64,000 nucleotides of DNA. It comes from Eledone cirrhosa. Taxonomy: Eukaryota. Positions 25,144 to 38,906 of this stretch are shown one piece after another. Within the stretch, counting starts at the first letter, position 1; each line of letters starts with the position of its first letter. The notes beneath the pieces were generated by a model. The model was not told the origin of the DNA and made no database searches. It saw only the letters and a list, made by a program, of their open reading frames with translations. Where the stretch lies: positions 29,636,001 through 29,700,000 of the forward strand of contig OZ024753.1 of NCBI GenBank assembly GCA_964016885.1, written 5' to 3'. Both the position numbers and the translations under genes were made by a program.

Positions 25144-27992
25144 AAGACAATAGAGGTAGTTCGAGTTAGTAATCGAATAATTAAGCTTAGATTAGTTGTA
25201 GGTAGGAGACTACTGACAATCATCTCGGTCTATGCTCCCCAAGCAGGCCTAGGCAAAGATGAGAAAGACTGCTTTTATGAGCAACTTTTGCAAACAACCA
25301 CAATGACAGAGGACGGAGACATCGTTATGCTAGCAGGAGACTTCAATGGTCATGTTGGACAGCTCCAGGATGGTTACACTGGGGTACATGGTGGGCACGG
25401 TTACGGTTCAAGAAATGAAGAAGGAGTGAGACTTCTTGAATTTTGTGATGCAAGTACATTGACTATTTGCAACACAAACTTCCAGAAACCTGCCAATCAC
25501 CTAATAACCTACAAATCTGGTGAGCACATAAGCCAGATTGACTTCCTGCTAGTTAGGCAGCGGGACAGGCAGATAGTGTCTAATACCAAGGCATACCCTG
25601 GGCAAGAATGTACCCCACAGCATAGGTTAGTTGTTAGTGATATCTCAGTAAGCAAGAGATGGAATGAGACATATAGGAAGGTGTGGAGAAGAAAGGTCTG
25701 GAAGCTAAAAGACCTTTCACTAAAATTCAAATTTAGGAAAGCCCTTCAAGATGTATATGACGAAAAAGAAGACGATTTAGAGACGTATGACATAGATAAT
25801 AACTGGAAGTTCTTACGTGACAACTTGCTGAAGGCTACTGATGAAACCTGTGGCTGGAGCAGAGCTCCAACCAGACAGAGAGTGACCTGGTGGTGGAACA
25901 GCAGTGTAGATAAGGCTATTAGAGACAAAAGACTAGCATGGAAGGCTTGGAATAAGGGTGGGAGTAGGGAAGAATATACAGCCACTAAGAGAGAAGCTAG
26001 ACGTCAGGTGTACTTAGCACGCAGGGAGGCAGAGAGTAGGAGGTTTGCCAATGTTCTGCGACGGGAAGATCAGAGGCGTGCGGTGTTCCACATTGCAAGG
26101 CAGTGTGTCAATGCAAATCAGGATGTTGTTGGTGATAAATGTGTCCGGGATGATGCCGGTGTACTTAGTGTCACGAATGACCAGAAAAAGGAGGCCTGGA
26201 AATGTCATTATGAGAGACTGATGAATGTGGAGAACGAATGGGAGAGAGAGAAATTACCCTTGGTAGATCCGACAGAGGGACCAGCTATTGAGATTGACGA
26301 ATATAGGGTCCAAGAGGCGATTAGGGAAATGAAAAATGGTAAGGCGGCCGGACCATCGGGAATAGTTGCTGAGATGCTGAAGGCATCAGGGGACGTAGGC
26401 ACTAAACTGGTTGCACGCATAATCAATCAGGCTATATATGGTGGTGTCATACCCAAAGACTGGTGCAGCAGTATTCTCATAAATTGCTACAAAGGTAAAG
26501 GGGATGCTTTGGAGAGGAGCAATTATAGGGGTATAAAACTGATAGATCAGGTTATGAAAGTGGCAGAAAGGATTCTAGCACAACTAATTAGAGAAAGGGT
26601 CAAACTAGATGAGATGCAGTTTGGTTTTGTGCCTGGGAAGAGTACAACAGATGCCCTCTTCTTGGTGAGACAAATGCAAGAGAGGTTCTTAGAGAAGAAT
26701 AAGCCACTATACTTAGCCTTTGTTGACCTAGAGAAGGCCTTTGATAGGGTACCCCGATCTGTCATCTGGTGGTCCCTAAGGAAGCTGGGTGTTGAGGAAT
26801 GGCTTGTAAGGACAGTACAAACTTTGTACAGAGGTACTCTCAGTAAAGTCAGGGTAGGAATGGAGTTTAGTGAGGAATTCCAGATACAAGTAGGAGTACA
26901 TCAGGGTTCGGTCCTCAGCCCGCTCTTGTTCATTATAGTCCTCCAAGCCATAACAGAGGAGTTTAAGACTGGCTGTCCATGGGAACTTCTCTATGCTGAC
27001 GATCTGGCTCTTATGGCAGAATCAGTAGAGGAGCTAGAGAATAAATTCCGGCTATGGAAACAGCAGTTGGAAGCAAGAGGACTGAGAGTAAATCTAGCTA
27101 AGACAAAAGTGTTGATGAGTAGAAAAGAGGACAAAACCCTGATTCCGTCAGGGAAATGGCCATGTTCGATATGCAGAAAAGGAACTGGCATAAATTCTAT
27201 AAAATGCACACAATGTAGGTCCTGGGTACACAAGAGATGTAGCGGGATAGCAGGCAAACTAACAGGTAGGGAGAAATATGTATGCAGTAGATGTACAGGG
27301 AAATTAGACAGTAGAAGTCGCACTGATAGACACATTTTTCAAATGCGAGAGGGCGCTATAGAAGTGGTGGATAGCTTCCGGTACCTAGGAGATCAGATTA
27401 GCATGGGAGGAGGGTGTTCCGAGGCCATAGTATCTAGAATAAGGACGGGTTGGAAGAAGTTTAGGGAGCTGCTTCCTCTGTTGACGAAGAAGGGTTTCTC
27501 CCTGCGTACGAAAGGCCGGTTGTATGATGCCTGTGTGAGGAGCGCGATGCTGCATGGTAGTGAGACATGGGCAGCTACCGCAGAAGATATGCGACGGCTG
27601 GAGAGAAATGAGGCAAGCATGCTCCGTTGGATGTGCAGTGTAAATGTGCGTGAACGACCCAGCATAAATGTGTTGAGAGAGAAACTGTGTCTGAGAGGGA
27701 TAGAATGTAGTGTACGGGAGAGGAGACTGAGGTGGTATGGACATGTGATGCGCATGGAGGATGACCGATGGGTGAAGAAGTGCCAGGAAATGCCAGTTGA
27801 AGGAAGACGTGGTAGAGGTAGACCACGAAAAACATGGGCGGAGGTGGTGAGAACAGACCTCAGATCATTGAAGCTCACGGTGGAGATGACGAGGGACCGT
27901 GACGAGTGGAGAGATGCTGTGCTGAATAAGACCCGTCCCACCCTTGCAAGCAGGGAAAAGCGGACGTAAAATGATGATGATGATGATGATGA
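25144..27992 (+). mobile_element. RTE-clade LINE family B, 5'-truncated inside the APE domain, otherwise intact ORF
   Basis: Uninterrupted frame 25144-27969: APE (GDFNGHVG, QIDFLL), RT (YADD), C4HC3 finger; stop directly followed by (ATG)n tail. Confidence 0.95.
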
Positions 27993-28030
27993 TATATATA
28001 TATTATATCTATATCTATATATATATTATG

Positions 28031-28076
<46 letters not shown>

Positions 28077-28092
28077 CTATATATATATTATG

Positions 28093-28142
<50 letters not shown>

Positions 28143-28185
28143 ATATTATATAATATATATATTATATATATATATATATATATAT

Positions 28186-28215
<30 letters not shown>

Positions 28216-28216
<1 letters not shown>

Positions 28217-31200
28217 TTTCATGTCGTTAATATTATGATGTTCCCTGCTGTATTAGCGTTAAATTTTCCCTGCTGTATTAGCGATAAATTTTCGAGGGTT
28301 TCTCTTAGTAGCTTTTTTCATGACGTTATTATTGTTAATTTTACTGATGTAGTATTAACTTATTAACTTGGATATTTACCATGCGGTATTCTAATCCTAT
28401 TGTATCTCTCTCAGTTATTTACCATGCGACCCTCAGTTCCTACCCCCCCCCCCCCCTCTATGCACTTCTTTAAGGCTTACTACCCTGTCTTTAACCTAAT
28501 TCATTCAATCTGAAAATATTGAAGAGATAAGACACTTTGCCATTCTTCTCTGCTAAAATGTACCAGTAGAGCTGATTCAAATTTTCCCAGCCAGCCATCC
28601 ACCTAATCTACGAAGGTATTTTAGCCTACATATTGTCGTTAATATTATGATGTTCCCTGCTGTATTAGCGTTAAATTTTCCCTGCTGTATTAGCGATAAA
28701 TTTTCGAGGGTTTCTCTTAGTAGCTTTTTCATGTCGTTAATATTATGATGTTCCCTGCTGTATTAGCGTTAAATTTTCCCTGCTGTATTAGCGATAAATT
28801 TTCGAGGGTTTCTCTTAGTAGCTTTTTTCATGACGTTATTATTGTTAATTTTACTGATGTAGTATTAACTTATTAACTTGGATATTTACCATGCGGTATT
28901 CTAATCCTATTGTATCTCTCTCAGTTATTTACCATGCGACCCTCAGTTCCTACCCCCCCCCCCCCTCTATGCACTTCTTTAAGGCTTACTACCCTGTCTT
29001 TAACCTAATTCATTCAATCTGAAAATATTGAAGAGATAAGACACTTTGCCATTCTTCTCTGCTAAAATGTACCAGTAGAGCTGATTCAAATTTTCCCAGC
29101 CAGCCATCCACCTAATCTACGAAGGTATTTTAGCCTACATATTGTCGTTAATATTATGATGTTCCCTGCTGTATTAGCGTTAAATTTTCCCTGCTGTATT
29201 AGCGATAAATTTTCGAGGGTTTCTCTTAGTAGCTTTTTCATGTCGTTAATATTATGATGTTCCCTGCTGTATTAGCGTTAAATTTTCCCTGCTGTATTAG
29301 CGATAAATTTTCGAGGGTTTCTCTTAGTAGCTTTTTTCATGACGTTATTATTGTTAATTTTACTGATGTAGTATTAACTTATTAACTTGGATATTTACCA
29401 TGCGGTATTCTAATCCTATTGTATCTCTCTCAGTTATTTACCATGCGACCCTCAGTTCCTACCCCCCCCCCCCCCCTCTATGCACTTCTTTAAGGCTTAC
29501 TACCCTGTCTTTAACCTAATTCATTCAATCTGAAAATATTGAAGAGATAAGACACTTTGCCATTCTTCTCTGCTAAAATGTACCAGTAGAGCTGATTCAA
29601 ATTTTCCCAGCCAGCCATCCACCTAATCTACGAAGGTATTTTAGCCTACATATTGTCGTTAATATTATGATGTTCCCTGCTGTATTAGCGTTAAATTTTC
29701 CCTGCTGTATTAGCGATAAATTTTCGAGGGTTTCTCTTAGTAGCTTTTTCATGTCGTTAATATTATGATGTTCCCTGCTGTATTAGCGTTAAATTTTCCC
29801 TGCTGTATTAGCGATAAATTTTCGAGGGTTTCTCTTAGTAGCTTTTTTCATGACGTTATTATTGTTAATTTTACTGATGTAGTATTAACTTATTAACTTG
29901 GATATTTACCATGCGGTATTCTAATCCTATTGTATCTCTCTCAGTTATTTACCATGCGACCCTCAGTTCCTACCCCCCCCCCTCTATGCACTTCTTTAAG
30001 GCTTACTACCCTGTCTTTAACCTAATTCATTCAATCTGAAAATATTGAAGAGATAAGACACTTTGCCATTCTTCTCTGCTAAAATGTACCAGTAGAGCTG
30101 ATTCAAATTTTCCCAGCCAGCCATCCACCTAATCTACGAAGGTATTTTAGCCTACATATTGTCGTTAATATTATGATGTTCCCTGCTGTATTAGCGTTAA
30201 ATTTTCCCTGCTGTATTAGCGATAAATTTTCGAGGGTTTCTCTTAGTAGCTTTTTCATGTCGTTAATATTATGATGTTCCCTGCTGTATTAGCGTTAAAT
30301 TTTCCCTGCTGTATTAGCGATAAATTTTCGAGGGTTTCTCTTAGTAGCTTTTTTCATGACGTTATTATTGTTAATTTTACTGATGTAGTATTAACTTATT
30401 AACTTGGATATTTACCATGCGGTATTCTAATCCTATTGTATCTCTCTCAGTTATTTACCATGCGACCCTCAGTTCCTACCCCCCCCCCCCCCTCTATGCA
30501 CTTCTTTAAGGCTTACTACCCTGTCTTTAACCTAATTCATTCAATCTGAAAATATTGAAGAGATAAGACACTTTGCCATTCTTCTCTGCTAAAATGTACC
30601 AGTAGAGCTGATTCAAATTTTCCCAGCCAGCCATCCACCTAATCTACGAAGGTATTTTAGCCTACATATTGTCGTTAATATTATGATGTTCCCTGCTGTA
30701 TTAGCGTTAAATTTTCCCTGCTGTATTAGCGATAAATTTTCGAGGGTTTCTCTTAGTAGCTTTTTCATGTCGTTAATATTATGATGTTCCCTGCTGTATT
30801 AGCGTTAAATTTTCCCTGCTGTATTAGCGATAAATTTTCGAGGGTTTCTCTTAGTAGCTTTTTTCATGACGTTATTATTGTTAATTTTACTGATGTAGTA
30901 TTAACTTATTAACTTGGATATTTACCATGCGGTATTCTAATCCTATTGTATCTCTCTCAGTTATTTACCATGCGACCCTCAGTTCCTACCCCCCCCCCCC
31001 CCCCTCTATGCACTTCTTTAAGGCTTACTACCCTGTCTTTAACCTAATTCATTCAATCTGAAAATATTGAAGAGATAAGACACTTTGCCATTCTTCTCTG
31101 CTAAAATGTACCAGTAGAGCTGATTCAAATTTTCCCAGCCAGCCATCCACCTAATCTACGAAGGTATTTTAGCCTACATATTGTCGTTAATATTATGATG

Positions 31201-33990
31201 TTCCCTGCTGTATTAGCGTTAAATTTTCCCTGCTGTATTAGCGATAAATTTTCGAGGGTTTCTCTTAGTAGCTTTTTCATGTCGTTAATATTATGATGTT
31301 CCCTGCTGTATTAGCGTTAAATTTTCCCTGCTGTATTAGCGATAAATTTTCGAGGGTTTCTCTTAGTAGCTTTTTTCATGACGTTATTATTGTTAATTTT
31401 ACTGATGTAGTATTAACTTATTAACTTGGATATTTACCATGCGGTATTCTAATCCTATTGTATCTCTCTCAGTTATTTACCATGCGACCCTCAGTTCCTA
31501 CCCCCCCCCCCCCTCTATGCACTTCTTTAAGGCTTACTACCCTGTCTTTAACCTAATTCATTCAATCTGAAAATATTGAAGAGATAAGACACTTTGCCAT
31601 TCTTCTCTGCTAAAATGTACCAGTAGAGCTGATTCAAATTTTCCCAGCCAGCCATCCACCTAATCTACGAAGGTATTTTAGCCTACATATTGTCGTTAAT
31701 ATTATGATGTTCCCTGCTGTATTAGCGTTAAATTTTCCCTGCTGTATTAGCGATAAATTTTCGAGGGTTTCTCTTAGTAGCTTTTTCATGTCGTTAATAT
31801 TATGATGTTCCCTGCTGTATTAGCGTTAAATTTTCCCTGCTGTATTAGCGATAAATTTTCGAGGGTTTCTCTTAGTAGCTTTTTTCATGACGTTATTATT
31901 GTTAATTTTACTGATGTAGTATTAACTTATTAACTTGGATATTTACCATGCGGTATTCTAATCCTATTGTATCTCTCTCAGTTATTTACCATGCGACCCT
32001 CAGTTCCTACCCCCCCCCCTCTATGCACTTCTTTAAGGCTTACTACCCTGTCTTTAACCTAATTCATTCAATCTGAAAATATTGAAGAGATAAGACACTT
32101 TGCCATTCTTCTCTGCTAAAATGTACCAGTAGAGCTGATTCAAATTTTCCCAGCCAGCCATCCACCTAATCTACGAAGGTATTTTAGCCTACATATTGTC
32201 GTTAATATTATGATGTTCCCTGCTGTATTAGCGTTAAATTTTCCCTGCTGTATTAGCGATAAATTTTCGAGGGTTTCTCTTAGTAGCTTTTTCATGTCGT
32301 TAATATTATGATGTTCCCTGCTGTATTAGCGTTAAATTTTCCCTGCTGTATTAGCGATAAATTTTCGAGGGTTTCTCTTAGTAGCTTTTTTCATGACGTT
32401 ATTATTGTTAATTTTACTGATGTAGTATTAACTTATTAACTTGGATATTTACCATGCGGTATTCTAATCCTATTGTATCTCTCTCAGTTATTTACCATGC
32501 GACCCTCAGTTCCTACCCCCCCCCCCCTCTATGCACTTCTTTAAGGCTTACTACCCTGTCTTTAACCTAATTCATTCAATCTGAAAATATTGAAGAGATA
32601 AGACACTTTGCCATTCTTCTCTGCTAAAATGTACCAGTAGAGCTGATTCAAATTTTCCCAGCCAGCCATCCACCTAATCTACGAAGGTATTTTAGCCTAC
32701 ATATTGTCGTTAATATTATGATGTTCCCTGCTGTATTAGCGTTAAATTTTCCCTGCTGTATTAGCGATAAATTTTCGAGGGTTTCTCTTAGTAGCTTTTT
32801 CATGTCGTTAATATTATGATGTTCCCTGCTGTATTAGCGTTAAATTTTCCCTGCTGTATTAGCGATAAATTTTCGAGGGTTTCTCTTAGTAGCTTTTTTC
32901 ATGACGTTATTATTGTTAATTTTACTGATGTAGTATTAACTTATTAACTTGGATATTTACCATGCGGTATTCTAATCCTATTGTATCTCTCTCAGTTATT
33001 TACCATGCGACCCTCAGTTCCTACCCCCCCCCCTCTATGCACTTCTTTAAGGCTTACTACCCTGTCTTTAACCTAATTCATTCAATCTGAAAATATTGAA
33101 GAGATAAGACACTTTGCCATTCTTCTCTGCTAAAATGTACCAGTAGAGCTGATTCAAATTTTCCCAGCAGCCATCCACCTAATCTACGAAGGTATTTTAG
33201 CCTACATATTGTCGTTAATATTATGATGTTCCCTGCTGTATTAGCGTTAAATTTTCCCTGCTGTATTAGCGATAAATTTTCGAGGGTTTCTCTTAGTAGC
33301 TTTTTCATGTCGTTAATATTATGATGTTCCCTGCTGTATTAGCGTTAAATTTTCCCTGCTGTATTAGCGATAAATTTTCGAGGGTTTCTCTTAGTAGCTT
33401 TTTTCATGACGTTATTATTGTTAATTTTACTGATGTAGTATTAACTTATTAACTTGGATATTTACCATGCGGTATTCTAATCCTATTGTATCTCTCTCAG
33501 TTATTTACCATGCGACCCTCAGTTCCTACCCCCCCCCCCCTCTATGCACTTCTTTAAGGCTTACTACCCTGTCTTTAACCTAATTCATTCAATCTGAAAA
33601 TATTGAAGAGATAAGACACTTTGCCATTCTTCTCTGCTAAAATGTACCAGTAGAGCTGATTCAAATTTTCCCAGCCAGCCATCCACCTAATCTACGAAGG
33701 TATTTTAGCCTACATATTGTCGTTAATATTATGATGTTCCCTGCTGTATTAGCGTTAAATTTTCCCTGCTGTATTAGCGATAAATTTTCGAGGGTTTCTC
33801 TTAGTAGCTTTTTCATGTCGTTAATATTATGATGTTCCCTGCTGTATTAGCGTTAAATTTTCCCTGCTGTATTAGCGATAAATTTTCGAGGGTTTCTCTT
33901 AGTAGCTTTTTTCATGACGTTATTATTGTTAATTTTACTGATGTAGTATTAACTTGGATATTTACCATGCGACCCTCAGTTCCTACCTCA
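28216..33990. repeat. Tandem satellite, about 510-bp unit x 11 plus a partial copy
   Basis: Poly-C marker recurs at about 28443, 28953, 29462 ... 33529; units nearly identical apart from poly-C length; nested internal duplications. Confidence 0.97.
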
Positions 33991-36165
33991 CAATTTCCCT
34001 CCCCCCCACCCCCACACACCACCATAGTCTATTCGACCAATCAAACCTAGCATGCCATTTCCACTGCTGCTGCTGCTACTACCTGCCTAACTAACTCTCT
34101 CCTCCTCTGGCGCATCCCAACACACCCTGCCATTACCCCACCACCACTGTCCTTCTAGCCCTCAATTTTCCCACCGTTATGGATGGATGAGCTGGGAATA
34201 CACGAGCAACTCTGAATCAATAGATGAAATATGAATCTGCGAGCTACCAAGCACCCACGTGAAGCGCCAACCCAGAGACCCTCCCCTACGAGTGTCGACA
34301 AATGCCCAAAACTCCGAGTTGGTACCATCAATGTAGGCTCAATGAAAGGAAGAGCAGGAGAAATCGTAGAAATGCTAGAGCGAAAGGAAGTTGATGTATG
34401 CTGTGTGCAAGAGACTAGATGGAGAGGAGGGTCTGCTAGAGTCCTTGTAGGAAAAAGCCAGTGCTACAAATTTTTCTGGGTGGGAAATGACGATGGGATG
34501 GGTGGTGTAGGTATACTATTAGCTGACAAGTGGGTAGATAAAGTAATCTCAGTGTACAGGGTAAATGCAAGAATCATTAAACTCAGACTAGTCCTGAATA
34601 AGACAATTACCACAATAATATCAGCTTACGCACCCCAATCGGGGCTGCCAGACGAACTTAAGGATAGGTTTTACGAGTCCCTAATACACACTACTGCTCT
34701 AACAGACGACAAGGACTTCCTAATCATTGCAGGAGATTTTAACGGACACGTAGGTAAACACTGCGACGGCTTCAATAGAGTACATGGAGGCCATGGAGTT
34801 GGCACAAGGAATGAGGAAGGATTCAGACTTCTAGAATTCTGCGACGCCAATGACATGTCGATATGTAACACAAACTTTAAAAAACCCGACAACCACCTGA
34901 TCACCTATAGATCAGGGGAGCACTCTAGTCAGTTAGATTTTATTCTCATCAGAGGACGTGACAGATGGACGGTCGTAAACACAAAAGCCTTCCCTAGTGA
35001 GGAATGTACATCCCAACATAGCTTAGTTGTCAGCGACCTCACGGTCAGAACTAGACGAGCCCTGAAACAGAGGCCAACCTGGAGAAGAAAGATCTGGAAG
35101 CTGAAAGTCCCCTCAACCAGTAACAGATTTAAAGATATTTTACTCAACGCCTACGACAGTAAAGAAGAACAGATAGAGACATTTAACGTAGAAGAGAACT
35201 GGGAGTTCCTAAAAAATAACTTACTAGAGGCGACGGATGAGGTTTGTGGCTGGAGTAAGACCTCAAGCAGGAGGAGAGTGACTTGGTGGTGGAACAATAA
35301 GGTAGATGAAGCAGTCAAGGCCAAGAGACAGGCATGGAAAGAATGGAAGAACGGGGGAGCAGGGTACATTACATAGAGACCAAGAGGGAAGCTAGGCGAC
35401 AAGTATACTTAGCTAGGAGGGAAGCAGAGGATAGAAAATTCAAGCATGTTTTACAACGTGAGGACCAGAAACAGGAGGTATTCAAGATTGCGAGGCAGTG
35501 TGTCAGAGATAGTTGTGATGTCATTGGAGAGAAGTGTATCCGGAATGATAAAGGTGAGCTTGCCCTCACAAGTGCTGAGAAGAAAGATGCATGGAAGAGT
35601 CATTATGATAGATTACTAAATGAGGAGAATGCATGGGAAGAAGAGACCCTACCCCACGTAGACCCTATAGAGGGACCAGCAGTACAAGTCAGCGGCAGCG
35701 TAGTAAGTAAGGCAATCAGAGATATGAAGATAGGGAAGGCAACCGGTCCATCGGGTATAGCTGCCGAGATGCTGAAGGCATCTGGGTCTGTAGGTCACAC
35801 TATAACCACACGTATCGTTAACCAGGTAATACTAGAGGGGGCCATACCAAAAGATTGGTGCAGTAGCATCATTGTCAACTGCTACAAAGGTAAAGGCGAT
35901 GCACTAGATAGAGGAAACTATAGAGGTATAAAGTTGATGGACCAGGTCATGAAAGTAACAGAAAGAGTTATAGCACAGCTGATTAGGGACCGGGTGAATA
36001 TAGACGAGATGCAATTTGGGTTTGTTCCAGGGAAAGGCACCACTGATGCGCTCTTCCTTGTGAGGCAATTACAGGAAAAGTACCTAGCTAAAAGTAAGCC
36101 ACTCTACCTGGCATTTGTCGACCTTGAGAAAGCCTTTGACAGAGTTCCACGTGCAGTAATCTGGT
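33960..36165 (+). mobile_element. RTE-clade LINE family C, 5' part (5' UTR, APE, start of RT), cut by the assembly gap
   Basis: ORF 34231-35376 with APE motifs (TINVG, CVQETRW, GDFN), frameshift near 35355, RT continues to AFDRVP at the N gap; 5' boundary approximate. Confidence 0.9.
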
Positions 36166-36365
36166 NNNNNNNNNNNNNNNNNNNNNNNNNNNNNNNNNNN
36201 NNNNNNNNNNNNNNNNNNNNNNNNNNNNNNNNNNNNNNNNNNNNNNNNNNNNNNNNNNNNNNNNNNNNNNNNNNNNNNNNNNNNNNNNNNNNNNNNNNNN
36301 NNNNNNNNNNNNNNNNNNNNNNNNNNNNNNNNNNNNNNNNNNNNNNNNNNNNNNNNNNNNNNNNN
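36166..36365. other. Assembly gap (200 N)
   Basis: Run of N. Confidence 1.
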
Positions 36366-36376
36366 TATTTTATATA

Positions 36377-36417
<41 letters not shown>

Positions 36418-36551
36418 TATATATTACATATATATATTATATATATATATATTATATATATATTATATATATATATATTATATATATATATATTATATAT
36501 ATATATATTATATGTATATATATTATATATTATATATATATATTATATATA

Positions 36552-36591
<40 letters not shown>

Positions 36592-36947
36592 TATATATAT
36601 TATATATATATATTATATATATATATATTATATATATATATATTATATATATATATATATTATATATATATATTATATATATATATATTATATATATATA
36701 TATATTATATATATATATTATATATATATATTATATATATATATATATATTATATATATATATATATTATATATATATATATATATTATATAAATATATA
36801 TTATATATATATATATATTATATATATATATATTATATATATATATATATTATATATATATATATATATTATATATATATATATTATATATATATATATA
36901 TATTATATATATATATATATTATATATATATATATATTATATATATA

Positions 36948-37919
<972 letters not shown>

Positions 37920-37926
37920 ATATATT

Positions 37927-38826
37927 ATCATCATCATCAGGTTTAGCGTCCGTGTTCCACGCTTGCATGGGTTTGGACGGGGGTTTTCCCACTTGAGGCA
38001 AGAGTGGTTGTCTTGCTCGCATAGGACTGTCTGGCGGGTTTTCTACAGCTGGATGCCCTTCCTAACACCAACCACATTTACAGTGTGGGGCTGGGAGGTT
38101 TTTACCGTGTTGCCTACACGGCCACATTACAGCGTGGACTGTCTGGCGGGTTTTCTACAGCTGGATGCCCTTCCTAACACCAACCACATTTACAGTGTGG
38201 GGCTGGGAGGTTTTTACCGTGTTGCCTACATGGCCACATTTACAGCGTGGACTGTGTGTTTTTTGTCGTGACACCTACACGATCTCATTTGTTTCGGCCT
38301 GGATGTTGTGTGACCAACATAACTTTACATTGAAAGGGGCGGTGTGGATGGGGTGAAGGTGGTGGGATGGGGGGGTGGGGGGGGGGGGGGGGGGGTTTTG
38401 ATAGAGATGCCTTCTGACTGTAGTAGGTTTTTACTTTGTATTTAGGTAAGGCGGGTCTTCTCTATTACTGGGTACCGCCAAAGGTCTCGGTCCAGTGACA
38501 TTGTCTTGGAGAGGTGTAAGCGTGTGAGGTCGGAATATATCATGTCGTCCCAGGTTTTTCTGGGTCTGCCTACTCCGTGGCTACCGTCTATCTTTATTAC
38601 CCTGCACTTTATTATACAGCTGTCGTCTTTCATGCGCATCACGTGACCGTACCAACGTAGCCTTCTCTCGAGTAAACAACATCTGATCCCTCTTATTTCT
38701 AATTTTTTCCTTAGTTCGTTTATGCTTAGCCGTTCACGTATATTACTATTGCATATCCAGCGGAGCATGCAAGCTTCGTTCCTCTCTAGTCTGCGTATAT
38801 CCTCTGCACACAATGCCCAGGTCTCA

Positions 38827-38829
<3 letters not shown>
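37927..38829 (-). mobile_element. RTE family A 3' fragment with internally duplicated 3' UTR
   Basis: ORF 38442-38813 nearly identical to the C-terminus of ORF 21377-23266; about 120-bp tandem duplication at 38025-38250; (CAT)n tail. Confidence 0.9.
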
Positions 38830-38872
<43 letters not shown>

Positions 38873-38906
38873 ATTATATATATATTATATATATATATAT
38901 ATCATA

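Noticed and set aside
27393-27941. Antisense ORFs over RTE copies (also 21567-23117, 38813-39904, 49169-50058)
   Set aside because: Shadow frames of the LINE ORF; they recur only because the LINE is repeated.
28216-33990. 510-bp array as a CRISPR-like array or tandem hammerhead retrozyme
   Set aside because: Units are identical throughout with no variable spacers, and I found no CUGANGA..GAAA core on either strand.
34080-34230. HDV-like ribozyme in the RTE family C leader
   Set aside because: Expected for some RTEs, but I could not assemble the nested double pseudoknot by eye; it needs a descriptor search.
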